DNA from: Lingula anatina
Lineage: Eukaryota; Animalia; Brachiopoda
Direction of reading: 5' to 3'
DNA: 64,000 bases
NCBI GenBank assembly: GCA_051362555.1
Contig: CM120645.1
Coordinates: forward strand, 496,001-560,000
Shown here: positions 51,401-62,394 of the stretch, piece by piece
Numbering within the stretch: the stretch's first letter is position 1
Layout of the letters: every line of letters starts with the position of its first letter
Notes under the pieces: generated by a model
What the model saw: only the letters and a program-made list of their open reading frames with translations
The model's database searches: none
Told to the model about the DNA's origin: nothing
Translations under genes and position numbers: made by a program

Positions 51401-52491
51401 ATCAAGGAGCTGAAAAGTGCAAACTCCGTGCCAAAGGATCTGTATTCTGGGTCAACATTAATCGAGACATCGAAAACATGGTTAAAGCATGTGCACCATG
51501 CCAACACAACCAGAAGGCAAACGTCAAACAACCGCTAATGCCACACGACGTACCACAAAAACCATGGCACACACTGGGAGCAGACTTATTTTTCATTGAC
51601 AATGACAGTTACTTGCTCATATCTGACTATTACAGCAAATTTCCAGTAGTCAGAAAGCTGAACAATTTGCAGTCCAACACTACCATTGCTCACATGAAAT
51701 CAATCTTTGAAGAATTCGGAATCCCGAGAAAGCTTATCACTGGAAATGACACTCAGTTTACTTCCGCTGAATTCCAGAAATTTAGCCACGATTATGGCTT
51801 CGAGCACGTCCAAACAAGCCCCCACTATTCACAGGCCAATGGATTTATTGAACGAGCTGTTCAAACTGTTAAAAATCTGCTGATTAAATGCAAGGAAGCT
51901 AAAACCGATCCTCATATGGCCATGTTGTGCCTTAGATGCACACCATTAGATCACAACATACCATCGCCAGCAGAACTCTTAAATTCTCGTGCTTATGATA
52001 CCAATCTTCCTGCCATCCAACCCCACCTGTCACATGCCTCTTATGACGGTGAAATAAATGCATACATGCAAAGAAAAAAGGATAAAGAAAAGACCAGATA
52101 TGATCAGTCAGCCAGAAATCTATCTGACCTACTTCCTGGTCAGCATGTGAGAGTACGACATCCCCAGAGTCACAAATGGGAACCAGCAATTGTAGATTCT
52201 ACGAGACCAAACAGGAGCTATGTTGTAAAAACTAACAATGGTGGTCAGTATGTACGCAATCGTATACACATACGTCCAACAGGAGAGAAATTTAATCAGT
52301 CTGACTTTGAAAACACCCATCTGCAAAATCATTCACCAAGAAATGATCAGGAGCCCCGCTTTGAGAATTCAGAAGCAGCTCAGAACAAACAAGTGCCAAA
52401 CACTGTGGATAACACTGTACCCCAATTACCAGTGCCATCACCACGACGATCTACTAGAGTAACAAAAGCACCTGATAGACTGAACTTGTAA
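48499..52491 (+). CDS. Gypsy Gag-Pol polyprotein (zinc knuckles, protease, RT, RNase H, integrase)
   Basis: CNNCGSKH/CFSCGKLNHWRKCC knuckles; VDTGA protease; LDARSGYW, PFGL, IIDD RT; VDAS RNase H; H-H-C-C integrase zinc motif; PR-RT-RH-IN order. First in-frame ATG at 48529. Confidence 0.93.
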   Translation, partial: SVQEYKKFKQMCELYFDGPLKNKSKTEKIAYLQIWAGETGRDLVSTWNLTGDESKELKTYFDKFEEFVKPKSNFRLARFKLRTLTQGNGETVDQFLKRIRSLVSECKYTQPDEQILDTLIFGCKSARTQSKLLELGETLSLDKAIDIARTQEATSQQLTDINRDAQVHAVKHNKPFRPKPTFKGTHKKRETSTMASKCHPTMENQCNNCGSKHDHSKRELCPAYGSTCFSCGKLNHWRKCCRSEHKQSTIHRGNRPHRHAVTPKQQMHRVHACSEDDCEPQESNELYFSPIYVGSIESKRAFINLKISSEQNSITFPCKVDTGADGNLITKKDYAKLCPNNTNLKPSGVKIVAFGGQRIPHYGSCTLTLTYGGSNTEHEFHVVETNGPTILGIDTCQKLGLVTLNYAVDLEDIQHSNANNALLEQYPDCFQGIGCFKGEYHITLDPSVPPVVHPPRRVPEALREPLKTELESLEKKGIIAKVEEPTDWVNSLVCVTKADGSIRLCLDPKDLNAAIKRPHHRIPSFDEILPRLSGARYFSILDARSGYWNIKLDHESSLYTTFNSPHGRYRFLRLPFGLVCAQDVFQKKVDEAFGDLDGITGIIDDIVVHGKTKEEHDRNLHLLMDRARKIGIRFNPDKMRIRCSEIPFFGNILSSEGLQPDPKKVESIHSMDPSSNLADLQTFLGLTQYLSRFIPNLASISAVLWDLTKSKNEFVWSPEHQAAVEKIKSVITSPETLQYFDSSKPVTIQVDASQRGLGATLMQNNRPVEYRSKLLTETETRYSNIEREMLAVVHGLEKFHYYAYGRKVTVESDHKPLQSIFQKHVNNAPPRIARMMLRIQKYDVTIKYVPGKNIPIADALSRLSKCEGDTIQGVDVTVHEIDMQLNASPTRLKQIREETSKDETLHSLRNFITNGWPNTRSECPSHLHDYWNYRDELSVFDGLILKGTRILIPTTLQAAVLEQLHYAHQGAEKCKLRAKGSVFWVNINRDIENMVKACAPCQHNQKANVKQPLMPHDVPQKPWHTLGADLFFIDNDSYLLISDYYSKFPVVRKLNNLQSNTTIAHMKSIFEEFGIPRKLITGNDTQFTSAEFQKFSHDYGFEHVQTSPHYSQANGFIERAVQTVKNLLIKCKEAKTDPHMAMLCLRCTPLDHNIPSPAELLNSRAYDTNLPAIQPHLSHASYDGEINAYMQRKKDKEKTRYDQSARNLSDLLPGQHVRVRHPQSHKWEPAIVDSTRPNRSYVVKTNNGGQYVRNRIHIRPTGEKFNQSDFENTHLQNHSPRNDQEPRFENSEAAQNKQVPNTVDNTVPQLPVPSPRRSTRVTKAPDRLNL

Positions 52492-52708
52492 CTTGTACAT
52501 ATGCATGAACAATGTCATATAGCTCTACTAGCTAGGATTTTATTTATCACTGTATTTACTTTATTTTACTCACTTAAACTACATGCTTCACATGTGAGAC
52601 TTCTCTTGCACAAGATGTTACTCAAGGAATTAAAAAGACATTTATTCTGTGTTGCCACTATCAACCCTTGATTTAGCACCGATTATCTTTTCTAAAGGAA
52701 GAAGGGGA

Positions 52709-52916
52709 TGTTATGGTTCTTAACACTATCGGTCAAGCTTATAGTAACCCCAACCCTCTGTCATCAATTATCATTAAATAGCACTCTCACTAATGTACGT
52801 AGTATAAACACACTTGACAGTGATCCCTCTGATCAGTAGACACACAATGTATTTATATCTGCACACTGAGAAATAAAGTTAGTTGTTGCAGTCAAGTCCT
52901 TCCTGGAGTTGTTTCA
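52709..52916 (+). repeat. 3' LTR, 208 bp
   Basis: Begins TGTTAT right after the PPT, ends CA where flank homology resumes; contains TATAAA and AATAAA. Confidence 0.8.
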
Positions 52917-55900
52917 GCGTGTTTGTGTGTGTGCGTGTGTTTGTATGGCACATGATTGCTCATATTAAACCAGTCAAACCAAAGTATTGCTCAAAGATTC
53001 AAGAATCCATAACTTCCTAAAGTTGATACAGTTTTTCTTGTTTCGTAGAAAGCAAATTTATAGCTGGGATGTCTCGAACTGAAAATAGTTATATGGGAAT
53101 CACTAATCCTCAGAGAATCTAATCTCATGGCGTGAGAAGTGTTTCACTTCTTATCTCTTAATATACCACATCCTGCAAAGTGGAGAAGTAAATTGGGAAG
53201 TAATTTTTTTTTCGAAACAGACCTAGTCATATTTGACATAAACTGCACTTACATTTGATTGAGTTTTTGAGCCATCTCTTGTTCCCAATATTTGTATCCT
53301 AATTTAGAAACAGTTCACAAACCAAGATCAGAGCTACCTCAGCCATTGTAGAACAAATAAAAAAGTGAATTTGAGAAATAGATCATGTATCGTGATTTTT
53401 TTTTTTAATTTGGGGGCCTCTTGATGCAACTTATGGTGTTTAACTGACATATTTGCTAAAATCTGCACATTCTCATAGATCAGTATTATTACCAGGCTTT
53501 ATTTATTAGGGTATGTTGCCATGGATACTATGAAAACACTGGTTGTCATGGATACATGGTAAACAGCACAGTCAAACTGTCCCTGTACCAGAGGTAGTGG
53601 TATCATGTTGTTCCCAAGTTGTAGTATGAAACAAATATCTCTGTTTGTAGTGGATGAATTCTTTGTTATACAATACATAGCACAGATGGAGTGGACTAGA
53701 TGTATGTACTGGGAAATATAGAAGTAGAAGGAAATTATATCAAGTTTAGGATTCATAAATTTATGAGGAAGTCTAATGCCATCTACCATGTATTAAAAAT
53801 TGATCTTCAAATATAAAGATTGTTAGATTTATGTCAGCATGTCTTGTATACATTTTGGCCAGTTGAATGAAAGTCTCAAATAATAACATTTGATAAGTTC
53901 ACTTAGGAGCAGAAACATTTTGCAAACATATTTGGTAGGTAATTTTTTTGGTTTTAAAATGTACATTATTTAAAGAGCATGTCAGCTTAATTTTAGGGCT
54001 GATTTTCCTCTAGATTTTGTTTGGCGGTGGTCATTCACCATCATCTATCAATATTGTCTGTCCTAAGGTGAGATAGATCTGGTTACTGGTCATAAAGTCA
54101 AGGCATGCAGCACCCAGGTTCCTCTTTCTTGCAGCTCCATTCAGGTGCTAAAAACCCTTTGATAGTTGCTCAAATGCCGATATCAAGTCTTGCCATGAGG
54201 GGTTTGAACTGCAAGAATTGGTCACAACTATATATACAGGTTATATAGAGCTGGCTTTGTTTGTTCTAGAAAATGGATCAAGTGAAGTAGTATTGGTTAG
54301 ATTTTAGGAAAGTGTGTAAAAAAAGTCCACTCCATCTGCTGTGTGAAGGTTTGGATTATGCTGTGCTAAGATGTTAACTTGTCTGTCCTTGAAATTATTT
54401 TGTAAAAAAACTAATTTTTGAAGCCTGTTTGGTTATTTATTTTTTTATTTATTTTGAATTCCCAAACAAAAGACAGTTTAGATGTCTTAAATGCTTTTAT
54501 TTCCATAAGACTAGGTAAGTTAATGTACATGATGTGTATGGATAAGACGCAATATACATTTTATCATTATTTACCCAAATTCATAAGTAGACTGGGATTT
54601 TTATACATCATATTTGATCAACATGTATTCAGAATGGTGACAACTTAGCAAGAGCATGTCTACAGTTTTCTGTTCATCACTTTTGTTACTGGTCCACGTG
54701 TCCACTTGGTTGGTATTTATTTAAAGTCACGGATACCACTTGACCAGTGTTCTCCCCACAGGATTTGTACAGCAAGAAAATAAAGGAATTAATAAATAAT
54801 TTAAACTATACAAACTGACTTAATTTTTTTTTTTCATGGCAAATTCCATGTACGTACAGGTTTTCTTAAAGTAAAAATATAGTTGAAGGGCACATTCCCA
54901 GTGAAATTACCAGTCCATGTTATTCAATCCAACTTGTTGGGGATTGTTGCTGAATGCAATCAGTTGAAAAGGTAAACATGTCTCTTGGCAGGATTATTTG
55001 AAGGGGTGGTATGGGCTTTTTGTTTGTTTTAGGAAGGAGAGGCCTTGCATGGGAAGATGACCATCACCCACCGCCTCTGATGAGGGTTCAAGGGCCCACT
55101 TAAGGGCTCTGGAAAATTTTGCTTTTTTGGAGGGAAAATTATGTGGAGGGCAAACAGGCTATTTGTTATAGTTGAGAAGTATGATTCAGCTAGTCACAAT
55201 TCTAATTTCTAGAGGGGACTATTGGTGTGGTTGTTTTTTCAGAAACCTAAGGGGAGGGAGGGGTCCGGACCCCCCTAACACCCTCTTTCTAAATCCCTAA
55301 AGGGGTCCCATAGAGTCAATAAATACTGGCTGAGTTCCCAGTAATTTATTCCCATATACATGTACATTGTATACAGAGTCCCAGGTTAGTTCTTCACACC
55401 TGTCTGCTGGGCTGTGTTTGACGGTCAGGTTGCTGCTCGTGACGTCATATATTACCCCCCCTGCTGAAAAAAACATGGAGTGGTTGTTTTTAATTTATCA
55501 ATTAAAAACGATAACTAAAAATATTTAGTCAAGGTCAGTTTTATCAGTAAGTCTTAAAAACATGTACATGGAACCAATGCAGACAATTTATTTTTTTAAA
55601 AAAAACTTGTTCACAGTATCTTGTTGATAGGCACCTTGGAACGCCACATCCGCGATACAATTTTTTAACACCATCGTGAAAAAATAGTTCTGCACACTTT
55701 TGTAGCACCTGTCCCTTTAAGTGTTGTTGATCTATTGAATATGATACAAGAAAGATAAGCACATCACAAAACACACCATCCCCAAGGAATAATTAGAGGA
55801 ACTGTAATTTTTGAAAACTTACCACGTTTTCTGGTGCCACCTGAAATGAAGTGAGCGCGTACTAATACACTCTGTGTAGAGACGATAAACATTGATGTTG

Positions 55901-56039
55901 GCTGCAGAACTGCGATACATGAGCAGCAATTCGACAGAGAAAAGCGGGAAAAAATATCTACAGTTATCTAGAGAGCCGTTACTGACTGTTATTTACCTTA
56001 GTAACATTACCGAGTTCACACAGAAAGTACCTGTACGTC

Positions 56040-56325
56040 GTAGAACTGAAAGAGAAGGTAGCTGCCACTGACAAACGTAACAGTGAGTACTACAGTCTAG
56101 TGAAAGTTGAAACTGAAAGTAACTTTTTATTTTATAATGTTTTTTTTTTAACTCTCACAACACTTCTATATCTTAGTACAAGCTTCTGAAACAAGCAGGT
56201 ACCGCGTCGCGGGTTCTGGGAAAGTGGAAATGGACTCATGATAATTATTTAGCGAAGAGATTTGAGAATTTAACTTCCTGGTTGCCGCCATTTTAAGGTG
56301 ACGTAATTGTTATGTAAACAAGCAT
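56040..56325 (+). promoter_or_regulatory. Putative promoter of Roco copy 2 with ISRE-like, GAS-like, ETS and YY1 motifs
   Basis: GAAAGTTGAAACTGAAAGT 56102-56120; TTCTGGGAA 56214-56222; ACTTCCTG; GCCGCCATTTT 56284-56294; CRE at 55440-55447. Confidence 0.5.
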
Positions 56326-56478
56326 AGCAATAAGCACCCACACGGCGGAGTTATTTTCAGCTTATCATTTTGATAAGTGTAGCTTTTCCAAGTGTTAGGA
56401 GTTAATCATTATGATAAATGTAGCTTCTTCAAGTGTAAGTAGATGCCCCATATGGTGGTATACCTGCACGTGTGTGTG

Positions 56479-56513
<35 letters not shown>

Positions 56514-57011
56514 AGGGGGGTGGGGCTCCAATTTATTAAAAAAATCTCAATGCTGTAACTTCCAGGTGTAGATATGAATTTATATAAGAACGTTTTTGTT
56601 AAGTTTCTAAGAGTTGTATTTTTTCCCAAAGAAGCATAAAAAAATCTCAATTAAAAAATTCATTAGTCTGTATGATATATATTTCATCTGAGGCAATACT
56701 TTGTTATTGACTTACTGATCTGATAAAAACATTTTTATTTATGTTTAGGTAGATAATTAAAAAAGTATTCAGGCATGGATAGGTTTACACGTAAAATAAC
56801 ATTCTTATAACTGACAAATCTTTTTTTTTTGTTTAATTGGTTGTCTTTTATATTTGGGTGGTCATTGCAAAAATTGGCACAGTAGATCTACTCAGTAGGA
56901 TGACCTTTTTTCTGTTTAGTGTCTTTTCAACACCTAAAGAGTTGAACCTCTCCTATAGAAAACATTTCCTGTGGGCTCCTATAAAATTTCCATTTACAAA
57001 TACATGTATAG

Positions 57012-57195
57012 CAGGCCTGTAGCCAGCAATTTCAGAGGGGGGGGGGGGGGGGGGGGTTCATTTTCTGAAAAAGTGGACCTTTTACCATAAAATCCTCAAG
57101 TAAATAGATCAAATTTTACCTAGAGTGGACCTTTTCCCAGCAAAAAGGGTGGTTCTTTCGAACCCCCCGAACCCCCCTGGCTATATATGGGCCTG
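57012..57195. mobile_element. Small non-autonomous TIR element, paralog of 39825-40009
   Basis: Same caggcctgtagccag ... gggcctg ends. Confidence 0.55.
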
Positions 57196-58580
57196 TATAG
57201 GAAGTCAAGATCCTGTGGGAAATCATCAATTGAAAAGGGATTCCTGATTTTACCTAGTTAATACAACCCATGTAAAATGTATGAAAGAAGTAGTTCTTGC
57301 CTTTTAATATTATCAAAGTTTTATCTAAAATATTTTTAGAACTTACAAATGTTCCTTCTTTAATTCTTATGGAATATTTTTTTATTATTATTAGATTGGC
57401 TGATTTTGTTTCTGATACATAATGTCTTAACACTGGGACAGAAAGAGTTATTAGAAAAAAATGTCAAGAAATCATTTTGTTATCAAATCTTTATTATTAT
57501 TTATTATTAGGCTACCAGGCGAATACAATTTGAAAATTTCAACAAAATAGCCAAAACTGTACTAAATGTAAAGTACCAAGCTTAAGTTTGATATAGCCAT
57601 GTTTGTCTTAAGGTATATATTGTTTCATATTTCAGGTACCCAAGACCTCCAGCAGCAGAAATGTTGGTAATAGCTGGTGTCTAGCTTCACATATCTTAAT
57701 AGATATCCAAAACTAACAGACTGAAGGTATGTCATGTATGAACTGAAATATTGCCTAAATTTCATTTTATGTAAACTTATGTGCATTTTATTACATAATT
57801 AGCTCCCAGTACAATTTCATTTTTAACCACCCCAAATTCTGATCAAATGACAAACTTTTGCAAAGCAAATTAATTTATTATAATTTATAATATTAAATTG
57901 AGAAATTTTAAAAGAAAGTTATTTATGAACGCCATCCATCTATCTTTTCATCAGTCTATTCCTATTATTTTTTTCAGATAACTCGTGTGATTTGTTCGAA
58001 TGCACATTAAATCCACATAAGGTAATAGAGTTACTCCCTACTGAACAAAAATTGTATATCAAGTTAAAATGCTTGAAATACCTGATGTACTGGAGTACAT
58101 GTAAAGTCAATGTCAAGTGAAACCACATGGAAATAATTTATTGGTGGATTTTTTTCTTTTTTTTTTTTTGTCACAAAATACCATATACAATTATGTTGTG
58201 CATAGCTGATTAATTCAAATAAAAAAGTGCATGTCACATGTTATGTATCAATTCATATTTACTTCTTTCAGACAAAGACAACAAAAGAGTAAACTTATGA
58301 CTTAGTTACTTTCAGATAAAGTATCTTTTATCAGAGGGAAGTAGTGACAATATATTGTTTTATTTTGGTAACAATTAAATACCCATTTACACATAACCCA
58401 TTTCTAACAATAAATATTTTTCTAGCAATTTATTTCTTTTCATTTTCAGACAAAGAAAAGAACAACAGAGGACATGTATACACAGTAATGGAGGAAGTCA
58501 AAAAACATTAGCACATTCTCCATGTGACCATATATAACATACAGCAGTGACATTTCTTCCTACTGCTCCATTCCTGAAAC

Positions 58581-61500
58581 ATGGCTTACAGGGAACACAA
58601 AGAGAGACTTGATCTCTTACGTAGGCTGCAGTTGTCTCCACAGTCCAAGACACCAGACACTGTGCTGGAGTGGACTGAGCTTCATATAGGTAAAGCTTAT
58701 ATAGACAACCTACCAGAGTCCATTGACAGGTGTAGAAATGTTAAGAAAATATATGCAGCATTCAGCAGGTTATCTTCTTTACCACAGTCCATATCCAACC
58801 TGCCACACCTCACAGTGTTGGACCTATCCCACAATACCTTCACTACATTCCCCATAGCACTGTGTGACTTGACTAACCTAGAGGTGCTGAGCTTGGATAA
58901 CAACAAGCTATCTGACATACCAGTGGATATCACCAAGATGAAGGGGCTTAGAAAATTCTATATCAGTTTCAATGCATTCACTACATTCCCCATAGCACTG
59001 TGTGACGTGACTAACCTAGAGGAGCTGAGCTTGGATAACAACAAGCTATCTGACATACCAGTGGATATCACCAGGATGGAGGGGCTTAGAATATTTTACC
59101 TCAATGAAAATGCCTTCACTACATTCCCCATAGCACTGTGTGGCTTGACTAACCTAGAGAAGCTGAACCTGAATAACAACCAGTTATCTGACATACCAGT
59201 GGATATCACCAGGATGGAGGGGCTTAGAATGTTCTGGCTATACAGCAATGCCTTCACTACATTCCCCATAGCACTGTGTGGCTTGACTAACCTAGAGAAG
59301 CTGAACCTGGGTAACAACCAGCTATCTGACATACCAGTGGATATCACCAGGATGGAGGGGCTTAGAATGTTCTGGCTATACAGCAATGCCTTCACTACAT
59401 TCCCCATAGCACTGTGTGGCTTGACTAACCTAGAGAAGCTGAACCTGGGTAACAACCAGCTATCTGACATACCAGTGGATATCACCAGGATGGAGGGGCT
59501 TAGAATGTTCTGGCTATACAGCAATGCCTTCACTACATTCCCCATAGCACTGTGTGGCTTGACTAACCTAGAGTGGCTGAACCTGGATAATAACAACAAG
59601 CTATCTGACATACCAGTGGATATCACCAGGATGAAGGGGCTTAGAAAATTCTATATCAGTTTCAATGCATTCACTATATTCCCCATAGCACTGTGTGGCT
59701 TGACTAACCTAGAGGTGCTGTACCTGGATAACAACAAGCTATCTGACATACCAGTGGATATCACCAGGATGGAGGGGCTTAGAATGTTCTGGCTATACAG
59801 CAATGCCTTCACTACAATCCCCATAGCACTGTGTGGCTTGACTAACCTAGAGAAGCTGAACCTGGGTAACAATCAGCTATCTGACATACCAGTGGATATC
59901 ACCAGGATGGAGGGGCTTAGAATATTTTACCTCAATGACAATGCCTTCACTATATTCCCCATAGCACTGTGTGGCTTGACTAACCTAGAAAGTCTATACC
60001 TGGGTAACAACAAGCTATCTGACATACCAGTGGATATCACCAGGATGAAGGGGCTTAGATTATTCTGCCTCAATCACAATGCCTTCACTACATTCCCCAT
60101 AGCACTGTGTGGCTTGACCAACCTAGAGGTGCTGTACCTGTCATACAACCAGCTATCTGACATACCAGTGGATATCGCCAGGGTGAAGGGTCTTACGATA
60201 TTCTGGCTTTATAAAAATGCCTTCACTACATTCCCCATAGCACTGTGTGCCTTGACTAACCTAGAGGTGCTGCACCTGGGTAACACCCAGCTGTCTTACA
60301 TACCAGTGGAAATCACCAGGTTAACTAAACTTAAGATTCTTAGTTTGGATAACAATAACATCACCCACCTGCCACCTCAGATGAGGAGTATGGAAAGTCT
60401 AACAGACCTAGATGTGAAAGGTAATCCTCTGGTACAACCACCTAAACATATTGCCAACAGGGGACTAGATGCCATCAAAAGGTATTTTGAGGCATTAACT
60501 GACACCAAGGCAATCCAGTCAAGTAGAATACAGGTCAACTTTCTTGGTGAAACAGAAGCAGGAAAAACTAGCATTTCACGTACATTGCAACTTGGACAGT
60601 CAACCCTCACAAAGAAGGCAGACAGGACAAGAGTGGTGGAGCAGGGAACATGGGAGGCTGATGAAGACATTGCCTTCAATATCAATGACTTTGGTGGACA
60701 TGATGTCTATAAAATAGGTCATCCCATTTTTATCTCCACTAGGGGCTTGGTTTTTATCACTTTCAATCTGTCTAAATATGATCCAGAAAAGGAGGGTCAT
60801 TATCAGCTGCACATTGGAGACTGGATTGACATGGTGCAAGCACAGATGCCAGGGATACAAATAGCTCTACTTGGAACTCACCTTGATGAGGTTAAAAACC
60901 CACATGCAGAAACAAAATGCTCTGCAATAACCAGGCAGCTTGAAGACCATGCAAGTGAAAAAAAAAAGTGGTATCAAGCACAAAAGGAGACATGTGAGAA
61001 CAAAATAAAAGAAATACCTGAAGCCCAAGCATCTCTCCGCCAGGCCTACCAAAGCAAAGCAGCTCATTTGCAGACCTTGTTTGGGCAGATGAAACCCATC
61101 TATGAGCATATTTTTACAGTGAGTTCAAAAACCCTTAAAGGAGTTCAAGACCTGAGAGACTACCTGGTTTCTTTTGCTAGGACAAGCGCTGAAGTTTTGC
61201 CAGGAATGTGGGTGGAAGCAGCCAAGAATATCTGCACCAAGAAAATTGAAGGCCCTGAGAACACACTTGGCTGGGAGGTGATTGAAGACCTCATTCTGCA
61301 AAATGCACCTACATCATGGAAAGAGAAGCACACACAGGAAGAAAAAGAGAAAACAATTTGTGACATCTTAAGTTTCCTAGCTCACCGTGGAGACATAATA
61401 TGGTTTGATAAAAGCCCTTCACTGATGAAAGTTGTTTTCCACAAGCAAGAGGTTATTGTGAATGTTCTCAAGGCAGTCCTTACACATGATCAAGGTGAAG

Positions 61501-62394
61501 TATCACAAAAGCTCCAAAAGTCCATGAAGATTACAAGAAGGAAAGCACCCAAAATAAAAGAAGACATCTTTAGCAGAGGAATCGTTTCTAAACAAGCTAT
61601 GAGCTGCCTATGTGAGCCTTTCAAATTGTCAAGCACTGAAGTTGATGTCATGACAGAAATGATGCTGAAACTGGAGCTGTGCTATCAAGTCCAGGAAGAT
61701 GAATCCCTTCCATCAAACATCTCATTCCACTTTCCATGGCTCCTCACTGAAGAAAGACAACCTGAGCTAGACACCAAATGGCCCAGCAAGGTTCCCCCAG
61801 ACACCACACAACTTACCCTGCAGGTTTTCTTTCCATACAAATGTCCAGATGGCTTTTATGAGAAATTTTCTGTTCGTCAGCACAAGCACCTTGGACTCAT
61901 GAAGACCATGCGAATGGACTGGAAGGATGGAGTGTATGCAGAACTTGAAGGATGCAAAATGCAGCTGACACGGTGGCAAAACCAGTCAAATCTTGATCCA
62001 GTCAGCCAAGTTCCAGACTGGGTTATCAGTATTGCTGTCCGTGGATCACATCTCTCAGACATGTGGCGTGTTCTCATGCGAGGTCACCGTGACCTTATGG
62101 ACATCATTAAAGGGGACTGGCCTGGGCTGTCATATGACAAGTACCTGGTGTGTCCCCACTGTGTGAGTGAGGACAGTGAGCACCAACCCCCCTCAACTAC
62201 TGCCCAAAATGCAGAAATACCAACCAAGAGAAAAAGATACTGTCAGAAAACACCAACACTCTTCCCTGGAGAGATACTTGACCAAACCATTAGAACAGCT
62301 TCCAAACCAAGACAGGTGCCATGTGTCAACACTGGTGTCTCCATTCCTGTAGACCTGGTCTACCCACCACACCTGGCCATGAGCTGGCAGGAAG
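58581..62394 (+). CDS. Roco protein copy 2, coding exon 1 (about 26 LRRs, ROC GTPase, COR); MFHAS1/MASL1-like; CARD exon not in window
   Basis: Paralog of 41396-44159 with the same GTPase motifs; donor gaag/gtaagc at 62394/62395. Confidence 0.92.
58833..60320 (+). repeat. Coding tandem array, about 11 x 138 bp (two LRRs per unit)
   Basis: Anchor at 58833, 58971 ... 60216 (10 x 138 + one 3-bp insertion); 11 PIALC motifs in the protein. Confidence 0.95.

Larger units (their letters stand above)
48499..52916 (+). mobile_element. Ty3/Gypsy LTR retrotransposon (Mag-like organisation), 5'-truncated, 3' LTR only
   Basis: Absent from paralogous site near 35833; single gag-pol ORF; polypurine tract 52694-52708 followed by TG...CA LTR. 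Confidence 0.92.

Noticed and set aside
48493-52491. Gypsy RT/integrase as the dedicated diversifying enzyme for the Roco arrays
   Set aside because: Present in only one unit, typical retrotransposon with PPT and LTR, no sequence shared with the LRR units; proximity alone is not evidence.
54988-55310. Unit-2-specific block with ggtccggacc palindrome, possible MITE remnant
   Set aside because: No TIR pair or TSD could be defined by eye.
58833-60320. Repeat-spacer look of the Roco LRR array as CRISPR or DGR
   Set aside because: It is in-frame coding sequence; variable parts are homologous LRR strands, changes are not adenine-specific, and the nearby RT is an ordinary Gypsy RT.
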